Below, in pieces: positions 38,378 to 61,349 of a stretch of DNA of 64,000 bases. The position numbers and the translations under genes were made by a program. How positions within the stretch are numbered: position 1 is the stretch's first letter; each line of letters begins with the position of its first letter. The DNA lies in contig NIVC01001503.1 of NCBI GenBank assembly GCA_002269645.1, positions 212,732 through 276,731 of the forward strand, written 5' to 3'. The notes beneath the pieces were generated by a model, which did not search any database, was not told the DNA's origin, and saw nothing but the letters and a program-made list of their open reading frames with translations. This DNA comes from Macrostomum lignano. Taxonomy: Eukaryota.

Positions 38378-38794
38378 GCAAATAGATAGGCTTAGGCCTA
38401 GTCTAAATAGGAAAGCTAAGTTTTTATATCTATTTATAACTTACAAAAAGCCAAATAAAACAATTAAGCAAGATATTTCTTCCTGATTAATAGCCTAATG
38501 TTTAGTTTAGTAGGGCCTAATGTTTAGTTTAGTAGGGCCTAATGGTATGGTGTCAATAATATAAAGCTTTTGAATATAAGGGGAGCACTTGATATCAATG
38601 TGACGATTTTCAATGCGAGGGAAAATCAGGGACAGGGACTCAAGCAACAGTCCCCAAAGACAGAAATTTTTGACACTAACTCCTAGTCCTACATGCACAT
38701 ACACATTTTATAACATTGATATTGGGATTAAAATAGAAGAGAAGCTAAAGTTAAGTTAAGATATATATATAATAAGATGTTTTCACTTTCAATA

Positions 38795-39314
38795 GGCCTT
38801 TGAAACTCCGGATCATGTAGTATACACCCGAAAATTCGGGCGTGCATTGGCCTTGCACGCCAAAATAAGGCGTGCACATGCAGTTGGCGTGCATCATTCC
38901 TGAAAAAATAGTATGCGTGCACACCTGGCGTGCACTTTATTAGAATCACGCGTAAGAGTTATTGTAAAGTTGAAAAAAATTAAAAGTTCATTTTTAAGCG
39001 CAAATTTTAAGCTTTCCGGGTTTTTTAAGCTCGTTAGAAAGCATTCAAACAAATCTTTGCGTGTACACATTTTCCGCTGTGAATAGTATCGCTGAAAAAG
39101 CATAAAAAGCAACCAAATTATCTGGTAATATAGGGTCTATTACGCAATTTAAAAAGGGTATTTTATTGTCACAACGTAAAAAACGGTCATTTTTTGTCGC
39201 AACACCGGCGTATTTTTGAGATTGGGCGTACACATTTTTTTCGGCGTGCATTTGTAATTATTCAATTTTTGTTCGGGCGTACACCCAGTGCCATGATCCG
39301 GACTATGGAAGGCC
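38795..39314. mobile_element. MITE (520 bp) with ggcctt...tccggatcatg TIRs, flanked by TA
   Basis: 17/23 TIR match; internal ggcgtgcac/ggcgtacac repeats. Confidence 0.6.
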
Positions 39315-39504
39315 TATAGTCATATAGAACTTTAGAAGTAGCTCTTAAGTCTTAAGCCCTTAATGTCAGGGACTCAAATAACAGCTTTGACACCATATGC
39401 ATGCATGGTTAACTTAGATAGGCCTAATAAGGGCAAAAGTTAAGATAATTGAAGGCAATGGAAAAGCCACCCACCCAGCTAGCATTTGCAACTGGCAATA
39501 GCTA

Positions 39505-39791
39505 GAGTTCCAGCACTGGAACTCGTTTTTTAACGGCTATGGATCCGGCAGGGCTATTATAACAGCAAGAACATTGTTTTTTTTACAGGTGGCGACGGAT
39601 ATATTGAGATTTGTTCTAGATAAGATTTTAGACCAGATGATGAGTCGAGATTCGAAACGAGATACTTCTACTCTAGTATTCAGACTTTTAAATAGATATG
39701 TTCTTATAAGTTTTTTCATATACTTATAAAAGTTCGATATGGCACTGCCGGATCCATAGCCATTAGAAAACGGGTTCTTGTGCCAGAACTC
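39505..39791. mobile_element. MITE (~287 bp) with ~50-bp TIRs, flanked by TA
   Basis: gagttccagcactggaactcg...ggctatggatccggcag mirrored by ctgccggatccatagcc...gtgccagaactc. Confidence 0.65.
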
Positions 39792-40062
39792 TAGGCCTAG
39801 CCAAGCCATTTTGCAACAACTACAATCTAAGACTAAGGCTGCTAAATCCAAACTTTCAAAAAGTACGATTCCTCTTTAACTGATCCCACAAATGCAAATT
39901 TAACTTATTCGTTAAATGAAACATTGCAAATCTTATTGAAAAAATATGGGCTGCAACTTTTCTTTGTCAATTTAAGGATAACACAAAGCATGATAAGGTA
40001 GGCCTAGACACTTATATAGTTATGATAGGCCTACGGCTTTTCTTAGAAGTGCTTTAACTAGG

Positions 40063-40608
40063 GGCCTTTTCATATTACCAATTCTAGAACCAGAATCGTT
40101 TCGGAATTCCTAGAAAAACAGCAGTATAGCTATTAAACTCTGTTAATATTTGACTGCTTTAACAACCTAACTTAGCACAATTTTTCACTTTTTTCTTGGT
40201 GATTGTCATTCAATAATAAAAACTTTATAGCATGTATCCCTCTAGTTATGGAGAGCCTCTTCACGGCAATCGGTTCTAGAACCAGAATAAATTCATTCAA
40301 GTTCTAAAACCAGAACCAGTGTGAAATGAGGAGCTTCAAACCCATTTTATGTTTGACAATCTTTACAATTTAATTTGGTCATTCTTTGACTTTGTTTCCT
40401 CTTGGATATGACAAAAAAGGAATAATTATATAACAATAATAAAAAATTTACGATTTCAAATATATTTTATTGTTAAAGTGTAAACATGACTGGTTTAGAA
40501 CTGGTTCTGTTTTTCGAACCGGCAATTATGAAGAGGCTCAAAGACAAAAAGTTATACTTCACAAATTGGTTCTAGTTCTGGAACCAGAACAAGCAATATG
40601 AAAAGGCC
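40063..40608. mobile_element. Composite/nested MITE (Harbinger-like GGCC ends) with agaaccagaa subterminal motifs
   Basis: Outer TIR ggccttttcatatt / aatatgaaaaggcc; inner inverted pair gagcctcttca / tgaagaggctc (~40252 and 40539). Confidence 0.5.
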
Positions 40609-41220
40609 TTAGTATCAAAGTTTGTTTTTCTTGATCTTGAACCTTATTCAATTTTAAGTGATGATAGCTTGTATGGCCTAATTATCCTTAAAACATTGAA
40701 AGAAAAAACTTTATCACTTTTGAATAACCATAGTTATAGTAGAATTGTAATTCACTGATTGTGTAATTTTTTTAAATTTCCAAAATAATTTGCTATCATT
40801 ATTAATTATTATTTTTTTATTAGGCCTAGGCTCATCATGGCTATGAGTATTTCATCAAAGTTCCTTTCTGATAGGGCTTGATATTTAATAATTTTATCAT
40901 AACTTCAATCAGTTAACTTTTGTTTATCAAATTTTAATTTCTACCTAAGCCCTATCATTTTTAAAATATCTATGATAACAAGTTATAGGCCCTAATTCAA
41001 GTTTTATTTTCTTAATTTATGTCTAGGTAGCTAGCTGCTAGGTATTCTATATGACTATATGTATCTATAGGCCTAACCTGTCTTGAATAAGTCTTTACTA
41101 AGAATAAAGATTAGAATTAACAATTTTAAGTTTATAATTTTATTTGCCTGGTCCTACTAGTACAATAATAAAAAAGTTATTATTAGTTGCTAGAATTATA
41201 ATTACAATTAGTCTTCTAAT

Positions 41221-41606
41221 TGTACACTTAAAGAATGTTTTAAAATCATTGATCAATGCCCATCTGATCACAAGCTCAAGATCTTAGAAGCCTTGTACAT
41301 AAAAAACCAGTTGCTAACCCTTAATATGCAACTCCAACATAGTGGTGTAGGCAATGTCCTCCATGTATTCTGAGTGAGAAAGCACTGACCTTGTTGTAAC
41401 CAGTGCTCATTCAATTATATTTTGTTTTCTGCCTATTGGTCTTTGCCCCACCCTATGGACTATCAACCTCCAACTACTTTGTACATACAAAATACTTACT
41501 CACCAGCTACATATGTTCATTGACAAATAATTTATAAATTTGCTTACTTAAACCTTTTGTTTCAAACAATATACCTGATAATACACCTTGGTATGCAAAA
41601 TGCATC
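41221..41606 (+). mobile_element. Penelope-like retroelement 3' relic: GIY-YIG C-terminus plus decayed hammerhead-ribozyme motif
   Basis: 41221-41373 reads CTLKECFKIIDQCPSDHKLKILEALYIKNQLLTLNMQLQ..., matching the F-IL...L-ILEALYI...LN-Q motif; 41574-41606 cctgataatacaccttggtatgcaaaatgcatc resembles CTGATGA...GAAA. Confidence 0.65.
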
Positions 41607-43025
41607 AAAAAAACCACATGTTGATTTTTGGCTTTCTATTTATTTTCAACCTTCATTTTACTTTGCAAGAGCTTGTCATTATCATAGCACTATCTTGAGA
41701 CACTGTTAATTAAATAGCAGCTTATCAACTTATTGCAAACCAATAGTTATGCTCAATATACTTTCTAGGTAGTGCTGGCAATATGGCACAAACAATATAT
41801 CTAAAGCAGCAAATAGGTAACTAATTCTTAGATAGAGTACATGGGTATACATCAGTTGTTATACCTAGGTATCAATTAACAAAGGCTCATTTTTGAAGCT
41901 AGCCACTTCATGCTATATTAATTGCTAGATCTAATTTGGTAGTGGGCTACAGAAGCAAAGCAGGATAAAGGAGAGATTAGTTAAAAATATAAAAATAATA
42001 TACTATATTAAATTTAAATTATATTGGCATTCTATGCTAGAACTTCTTTTATCAATTTTAAAAAATGTAAATGGCACTTTTTTGAGTTTTAGTTTTTAAA
42101 AAACTTTTATATGAAAAACAATAAATATAGTTTGTTATTGCTATCCTAATTAAAACTAGATAAATAAAGGGCTCTAGATAAAGGTTTTTTATAACAAAGT
42201 ATTTTGTCTCTTTTTTTAGATTATATTTGCTTTATATTTTGTGTAATTGCATTGCAAACTTGTTCATTTGCAAAAAAACCTATTTTTTATACTAAATCCA
42301 AATATACTAAATCTCTAAGGTTTATGTTTGCTTGCTTGTCTATAATGCTTATGTTTTTACTAAAATTTGCCTTTTATATGTGTATTAACAAGTCATAGGA
42401 CCCCAACTAAAGTCCCTAACTAAATTAAAGCCCTTTACTATGTTATTACTAGGTATTAGCAGAATTGCTAGGTAAAAGTTTAAGATATAAGTTTACTCAT
42501 TCAAAAGCTAAGTCTATGATAAGCCTACATAATTTTTACAAGTATGGAAAATTTTGATTGTTATTTATCAAAAATAGTTTTATTGTAACTAGAATTTTCT
42601 ATATCTATATCTATAACCTTTCCATAACCTATCTTATCTATATCTATATCCATCCATTGCTAACTAATTTCCTCAAATTCCATAACATTTAATGATGCTA
42701 AATCTGATGACTTCTAATGTTTTTATCATTCACTATAATATAATAATGAAATGTGGCATAATAGCAAAATTTAATCTGTGTTAATTTTTGCTAATAATTG
42801 ACATTGTTCAATAATGCATATGGCTCTGTTGCTTAAGTCTTTGATCCTAAGGACTTAAGATTTTAATTTAAGTTCCCTATTATCCCATCCAGACATTGGT
42901 GTTAAAAATCTAGATAGGCTTGGCATTCTTGCTATCAGGGCCCTTGCCATTTATACATTTTATGGTGGTGAGACAAAGTTGAAAATTCTACACGACTACG
43001 AGTATTCCTACATTTTTTTGGAAAT

Positions 43026-43162
43026 CAGTGTTGCTAACCCTCATTTTGGCGCATGAGACACTTAATTTAGCGCATAAAGCACTCATTTTGGCACCACAGG
43101 CACTCATTTTAGCGCCTCAGACACTCAATTTGGCGCCGCAGGCGCTATACTTTGACACCCTG
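43026..43162. mobile_element. Short hAT-like relic with ~21-bp cactcattttggcgc repeats just upstream of the qRRM gene
   Basis: Starts cagtgttgc, ends caccctg; no TSD found. Confidence 0.35.
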
Positions 43163-43276
43163 AAGCAAAAGTATTGATTTTCATAGCTTTTTCTGGGGTT
43201 GGTATGTCCCCCTGGTGATGACGCCCCTGCTCGCTGTTTATCTACTTTTGACTCTCAGACTCGCTTATCTCCTCTG

Positions 43277-47818
<4,542 letters not shown>

Positions 47819-47887
47819 TCGATTCATAAGCAATTTGCTGAGCTCTTGATTGCCAAGTTTTGAGTCCCTAAAGCACAAGAATTATGA

Positions 47888-48158
47888 AATCCGTGACTCC
47901 ACTATGGGGAAATCCGTGACTCCATTATGGGGAAATCCGCGACTCCATTATGGGGAAATCCGCGACTCCACTATGGGGAAATCCGCGACTCCTCTATGGG
48001 GAGATCCGTGACTCCACTATGGGGAAATCCGCGACTCCACTATGGGGAAATCCGTGACTCATCTATGGGGAGATCAGGGACAACTAAAACCTGTCCCTCG
48101 GGGGTTTTAGTTGTCCCTGGGGGAGATCCGTGACTCCACTATGGGGATATTTGTGACT
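47888..48158. repeat. 23-bp tandem repeat (ggggaaatccgtgactccactat)
   Basis: Directly visible. Confidence 0.9.
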
Positions 48159-48436
48159 CATAAGTCCCACCTTTGTCTTTCCTCTGCCAACCATCCGTCC
48201 TTTGTTTAGCTAGGGATCCGTCGGGTACGTGTGCTCAGCCTTTTTGCACTGTCTGTTGTGAACTTTTCTAGCCTAGATTTCGTGCCGTGTTTTAGTTTTA
48301 TTCCATACTGTCTAAGATCTAGAGTAAATTCGTTTTGATAGAATAATGCTTTCACCATCTTTACTTGTTAATCCTACACCGATTTTCTGTGCCTTGTTCT
48401 ATTTTAATTTGTTTCTGTTCTTGTTCTACTTGTTCT

Positions 48437-48608
48437 CATGCTTGGGCGCAACCTAGGGATTCGCCCGGCCGTTTCTATTGGCAACACACACATGTGAGTC
48501 GCTATTGGACGGAATAGTAGTCACGTGACTGCTCTCAGCCAATTGCGACTAACATGTGTGTGTTGCCAATAGAGGCGGCCGGGTGAATCCCAAGGTTGCG
48601 CATATATG
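48437..48608. mobile_element. Palindromic 172-bp hAT-type MITE, well-preserved copy
   Basis: Perfect 8-bp TSD cttgttct; ends cat...gcgcaacc / ggttgcgcatatatg; long internal dyad. Confidence 0.88.
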
Positions 48609-48771
48609 CTTGTTCTACTAATGTTTAACTTGTTCCTATATTTCTTCTGTACTTAATGTTAATCATTGTCTAAAAGCTTTTCAATGTAAGGAGATGCAGG
48701 TCAAGGACAAGGAGCCGTCTAAAAGATTCCCCTTGTAGATCATATAAATCTCGTCAGATCCTACCTAAAGG

Positions 48772-49925
48772 TTTGTCAGACACTATCTGAAGGATTGTCA
48801 GACACTATCTGAAGGATTGTCAGACACTATCTGAAGGATTGTCAGACACTATCTGAAGGATTGTCAGACACTATCTGAAGGATTGTCAGACACTATCTGA
48901 AGGATTGTCAGACACTATCTGAAGGGCTGTCGGACACCATCTGATAGGTTGTCAGACAATATCTGGAGGGCTGCCAGACACCGTCTGAAAGGTTGCCAAA
49001 CACCGTCTGAAAGGTTGCCAGACACCGTCTGAAAGGTTGCCAGACACCGTCTGAAAGGTTGCCAGACACCGTCTGAAAGGTTGCCAGACACCGTCTGAAA
49101 GGTTGCCAGACACCGTCTGAAACGTTGCCAGACACCGTCTGAAAGGTTGCCAGACACCGTCTGAAAGGTTGCCAGACACCGTCTGAAAGGTTGCCAGACA
49201 CCGTCTGAAAGGTTGCCAGACACCGTCTGAAAGGTTGCCAGACACCGTCTGAAAGGTTGCCAGACACCGTCTGAAAGGTTGCCAGACACCGTCTGAAAGG
49301 TTGCCAGACACCGTCTGAAAGGTTGCCAGACACCGTCTGAAAGGTTGCCAGACACTACATGAAAGGTTGTCAGATAATATATGAAGGAGAGCCAGACACT
49401 ATCCGAAGGGTTGTCAGACACGATCTGAAAGGTTGTCAGACACCATCTGAAATGTTGTCAGACACTATATGAAAGGTTGTCAGACACTATATGAAAGGTT
49501 GTCAGACACCATCTGAAATGTTGTCAGACACTATAGGAAAGGTTGTCAGACACTATATGAAAGGTTGTCTGACACTATATGAAAGGTTGTCAGACACCAT
49601 CTGAAATGTTGTCAGACACTATAGGAAAGGTTGTCAGACACTATATGAAAGGTTGTCAGACACTATATGAAAGGTTGTCAGACACTATCTGAAATGTTGT
49701 CAGACACTATAGGAAAGGTTGTCAGACACTATATGAAAGGTTGTCAGACACTATCTGAAAGGTTGTCAGATACTATCTGAAAGGTTATGAGACACTATGA
49801 AGGAGAGTCAGACACTATCTGGAGGGCTGTCAGACATTATCTGGAGGGCTGTCAGACATTATCTGGAGGTCTGGCAGACATTATCTGAAAGTTTGTCAGA
49901 CACCATCTGATAGATTGTCAGGTGG
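48772..49925. repeat. Minisatellite, 22-bp unit (gacaccgtctgaaaggttgcca) with graded variants
   Basis: Directly visible. Confidence 0.95.
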
Positions 49926-50810
49926 TATCTCATGGGTAGTCAGTGAAGAGTTTTCAGACTGTAATGCCAGCAGCAGCAGCACGCAGTGTTAAATTACATC
50001 CAGTATAGCCTAGTGCCAAACCTGACTATTATTCCAATTCTATCAGCTGATTTTCCTATATGAATATATATTTCCTATATGTTTCTGTTTGAACCATTTA
50101 CTGATCTCAGATTTTATTTTCTTTATTGATTGAGGCGTTGCCTTGACTCGCTTAAGGCGTTTCTATTTATAATTCAGACAAGGCCGTTTCCAATAAAGAA
50201 TCGAATTAATAATTTATCTATGGCTATAATTTATCAGTGTTGTTTCATAGCTTATGCTAGTCTGTAGAGTTTGCTGTTAATACACTCATAATTAGACAGT
50301 ATATTTGATTATTTCATTAATATGAGCATACAGAGAAACTAAGCATCTGAGCTGTACTCAAATAAGTTTGACGTTAAAATACTGTAATACAATTACTTGG
50401 TAAGTCCAATACCGAAAGTTTTTATTACGATTGTATTGTACCATTCTTTTATTTAACTAATTTTTCTCTGAGTAAAGCATTCATTAGGATACTTACTACA
50501 CTTATTTATAGTGGAAGTAAAATGCGTCTGTGCATTTACTTTCGTTGGTTGTATGCGGTGTTTTTATCGAAATAGAACGATAAAGTCTTTTGTACTTTTT
50601 TAGCATGACTGCTTGTAATCTACTCGTAGGCCCGAGTTCTATGCCGAACTATGCTGCTTCTTGGCGTATCGTGGATTTAAATAAAAACTATTTACTGTTT
50701 CTGATTTCTGTCTCAGATAGTGCTTTCCGTTTTCTCTGCTCTCATCTACGGGGTAGCTGCGATCCAGTCAATGTGACCTTCCAGCGACCCCTACAGCATC
50801 TTTAATAGAT

Positions 50811-51090
50811 TTTTTATTACACCTGCCCTAATTGGAAGATGTGCAACCGACAGCTCAGCCGCAGCTATTGCGAAGGCTGCGTACGGCTGTTCAGTCCAAG
50901 GACTGGGGGGGGGGGTCGCCACACACCCTCAATTACCCCAGCTAATGCTGGCACTCATTTTACAGCTGGGTGAACTGCAGCAATGCAGTGTCAAGGCTTT
51001 TGCTCCAGGACTAAGTGGGCCGAGAATCGAACCCCCGACCTTTCAGTCGTGAGTCAAACGCTCTAACCACTAGGCTAAAACTTCCACGGC
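50811..51090 (-). mobile_element. tRNA-derived SINE with CORE-like central domain
   Basis: Reverse strand has A box tagcctagtggttag, B box gggttcgattc, then gtcctggagcaaaagccttgac...cagctgtaaaatgag resembling the CORE domain; A-rich tail; no tRNA acceptor stem. Confidence 0.75.
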
Positions 51091-51277
51091 AAAGTTATAA
51101 TTAGCATAGAGTTTAGATCAGCAACTTTGTATAGTCTCAAGTACTACTTGCAGTAGTTGAAACAGAAAATTTCAATAATTGATTACTACCATCCCGCCCC
51201 CTCCCAATTGAATTTTCAGCGCGCCAGCTGCACCAGCTAAGCAAATTTGACTGTCATCTAAAACTCTAGCAAGCTAA

Positions 51278-57438
<6,161 letters not shown>

Positions 57439-57624
57439 GCAGCTTTCGAAATTGCTGGATGCCGAAGGATTTTGTGATTTCGGAAAGTAAAACTGAAACT
57501 AAATCGATTAGTTTTCTTAGTGTCTCGTGTGCTCGCTTTGTTTTTGAGTTATATATAACCTTTAAACTGGCGGCTTTGCTAAATTTAGTTTTCTCTCACT
57601 TTGATTTAATCACGGATGCTAGAG

Positions 57625-58036
57625 TAACTAGATGGGCCACTCAACACGTTTGCGTGCAAGCTACTTTCAATTCAGTAGTAAGTTAAACAGAAGCATTTTT
57701 ATGTATTTTTAAAGCCAAGGCTCAATTATTAGCTCTTACAGTAAACCCTCCAACCGCGCCTTTCCACACCCCCCCTCGCCCCGCCCCAATTTTATTGCCT
57801 TTCTCGGAATTCCAGCCTAAAGCTGCTATGTACATTTCATTGGACTGGCTAATGTACATTACTGCTGAACCAATTAGCAAGCTGTTTACGCCTGCAAGCT
57901 TGGGCTTCTAAACTTATCAAAGTTATTTCAGCTGCCTTTATTTTTATAAAATAGCTTATGTATTCTTTTTTGCTACTGAACTGAAAGTAGAAAGCTGTTT
58001 TACCAAGTATATATGCCTGAGTGGCCCATCTAGTTA
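57625..58036. mobile_element. MITE-like element with perfect 19-bp TIRs downstream of the PK stop
   Basis: taactagatgggccactca (57625-57643) / tgagtggcccatctagtta (58018-58036). Confidence 0.6.
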
Positions 58037-58357
58037 TTTTAGAACCTGTGGGATTAACAAAGCGCCATTAACGAACAGCTCTGAGTATATCTACTATTTA
58101 ATGTTAGTTTTTTGTCCCGCAGACTTTTATTATTTGTAGTGAATATTTGTCTGTATCGAAGTTTTCACCCTTCATGCCCACCTTGTATGTTAGATTTTTT
58201 GTCCAGTCGTTTTTCTGTAATATTTATTTTTACTACTGCTGCGCTTTTAGCAGAGTAGTGTGAAACGCATATTTTTCTACGAGGCGGTTTTTCAGCATCA
58301 GTAGGCTGGGCGGATTCTGTCACACCATCATAGCCATGCATGCATTAATATTAGTTA

Positions 58358-58388
<31 letters not shown>

Positions 58389-58824
58389 GTTTCCATCTGC
58401 GCTTTTTGCCGTCACATAAGCCCAGCTTATTTAGTCATCGCAGGCCCAAATTTGATACTATAATAACTACTCAGTAGCCAGATTGATGATAAAATTGTAG
58501 ATACTCATTTCTCACATTCGTTTTCGTCCTCTTTTGAAATTAGTTTTTCCCTATAACCCATATTCGTTCTTGCGTCATCCTCCCCGACTACCTGCTCTGG
58601 TGGGAAAATTTTTATTTATGCACAATTAATTAACTTTGATAATCACTGATAATTAGGAGTAGAATAAATAAATAATAGTGCAGTGTGTCTGCACTCTACC
58701 CAGATTTTTTTAGTTCTTAACACCTGCAGCTGCAGATCTATCTACCCTCTTACTATTGCAAATTCTACCTGTGTTGCTCTTGTTTTCTACTTGATTTCAT
58801 GTTCTTCACTGTCTATTTACCTAC

Positions 58825-60012
58825 TGCATTGAGTGGCAGCCCACTGATCGATACACTGGGCAGAGTGCCAGCCCACTGACACACTGGGCAGAGTGCCAGC
58901 CCACTGATACACTGGGCAGAGTGCCAGCCCACTGACACACTGGGCAGAGTGCCAGCCCACTGATACACTGGGCAGAGTGCCAGCCCACTGATCGATACAC
59001 TGGGCAGAGTGCCAGCCCACTGACACACTGGGCAGAGTGCCAGCCCACTGATACACTGGGCAGAGTGCCAGCCCACTGATACACTGGGCAGAGTGCCAGT
59101 CCACTGATCGATACACTGGGCAGAGTGCCAGCCCACTAACACACTGGGCAGAGTGCCAGCCCACTGATACACTGGGCAGAGTGGCAGCCCACTGATTCAC
59201 TGGGTAAAGTGGCAACCCACTGATACGCTGGGCAGAGTGCCAGCCCACTGATACACTGGGCAGAGTGCCAGCCCACTGATACACTGGGCAGAGTGCCAGC
59301 CCACTGATACACTGGGCAGAGTGCCAGTCCACTGATCGATACACTGGGCAGAGTGCCAGCCCACTGACACACTGGGCAGAGTGCCAGCCCACTGATACAC
59401 TGGGCAGAGTGCCAGCCCACTGATACACTGGGCAGAGTGGCAGCCCACTAATACACTGGGCAGAGTGGCAGCCACTGATACGCTGGGCAGAGTGCCAGCC
59501 CACTGATACACTGGGCAGAGTGCCAGCCCACTGATACACTGGGCAGAGTGCCAGTCCACTGATCGATACACTGGGCAGAGTGCCAGCCCACTGACACACT
59601 GGGCAGAGTGCCAGCCCACTGATACACTGGCAGAGTGGCAGCCCACTGATACACTGGGCAGAGTGGCAGCCCACTAATACACTGGGCAGAGTGGCAGCCC
59701 ACTGATACGCTGGCAGAGTGCCAGCCCACTGATACACTGGGCAGAGTGCCAGCCCACTGATACACTGGGCAGAGTGCCAGTCCACTGATCGATACACTGG
59801 GCAGAGTGCCAGCCCACTGACACACTGGGCAGAGTGCCAGCCCACTGATACACTGGGCAGAGTGGCAGCCCACTGATACACTGGGCAGAGTGGCAGCCCA
59901 CTAATACACTGGGCAGAGTGGCAGCCCACTGATACGCTGGGCAGAGTGCCAGCCCACTGATTGATACACTGGGCACAGTGGCAGCTACTGATACACTAGG
60001 CAGAGTGGCAGC
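58825..60012. repeat. Minisatellite, 28-bp unit (cagagtgccagcccactgatacactggg)
   Basis: Directly visible. Confidence 0.95.
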
Positions 60013-61349
60013 TTCAGGCCAATGCCAGCATCGCCCTATCCCCAGAGTTGCTGCAGCACTATGCCACAGGCTACAGACAGCTACATGTGGTACTACAAAA
60101 ATTAAAGATCGAACACCAAAAACGTGAGAGCTGCGCAGTATCGCTTGGCCCCATTTTAGGTTATAAATTTAGCACGGCTGAATCTCAGCTGCAATTTGCA
60201 TAGTCTAAATCGGTGCGGAGGACCGCCTTACTAACATATTTCTTCTCTACTGGAATCGCTAGTCAGTTTCACGTATTTTTAGCAACCTGCAGCGCCAAGT
60301 TTGTGCGGCTGTGCGAATCGATTTCGCCGGAACAGCAGCATAGTGTCTCGCACCTCTTCAATTCAGGTGTTCCATTATTTAATTAGGTTCCAAAAATCCC
60401 CATCTGAATTCACCCGGAGGCACAGGAACAGAGCCTGACGAGCAGTTCGTTCTGCTTAAAAAGCATAATTATATTTTAATTTTTAACAAACAAATCATTC
60501 GCAGGTGGTGGCTATAATCCTTAACTGGATAAACAAGAGATAAGCAATATAATGTGTGCGCCAGGTTCTCATGGGACATTGGGATGACGGAGGAGCAATG
60601 TTATTCAATCAGAGCTGCCAGTGCAATGCCATCATCTCGTATATCGAGAGAAACTGTGTTATTATTAACCTAGCAATATTCATTTTTGTTTTGACAACAC
60701 CGACGCTTTATAAACCTGTTACTGGGGATCTGCACACGCGTGGAATATAATATTATTTAGCAAAAAATGAAGCAAACAATGCCGCTTAAGACATGCTTGG
60801 GCGTTTACGGCACCCCGAGAATGTAACGCGATTATTAAAAGTACACAAAGTACGCGCAAACAAAATGATAACAGTGAGGCACGTTCGGACGGGCGGGCGG
60901 ACGAAAGAAAGCAATCAAAGAGTAAATATAATATAGAGTTAATTTATCGTTTAGCACTGAGCGAGCGGCGGACAACTAATTATTATAGTAGGGGTAAATA
61001 CAGCGCTGGGAGCTCTGTCTGTATGTCTGTCAAAATAGTGAAAAAATAGCGCTGTCCAAAAACTTCAATTCACTGAAATGTACCGTGCTGGCCTAGACAT
61101 CAATTAACAATAGATAATAAAAGACAGGTGAGTGCGGTCACTAAAAAAATAACAAGCCTGACTGACGCAGGTACTCCGGTAGGGGAAGGGGGACTGGGCG
61201 GCATCTCAAACAAGAGTGACGAGCTAACCATTTTTTACACAACAGCGAAGGCACGACAAGTCGACAAATTAGTAGACAAGTCGAGATGCCTGCGTTGAAC
61301 AAGTTTGTCTGCAGAGCGGCAGCAGAGGTAGAGAAGTGTGCATCAGCGG

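Noticed and set aside
51020-51080. tRNA gene
   Set aside because: A and B boxes are present but there is no acceptor stem; it continues into a SINE body.
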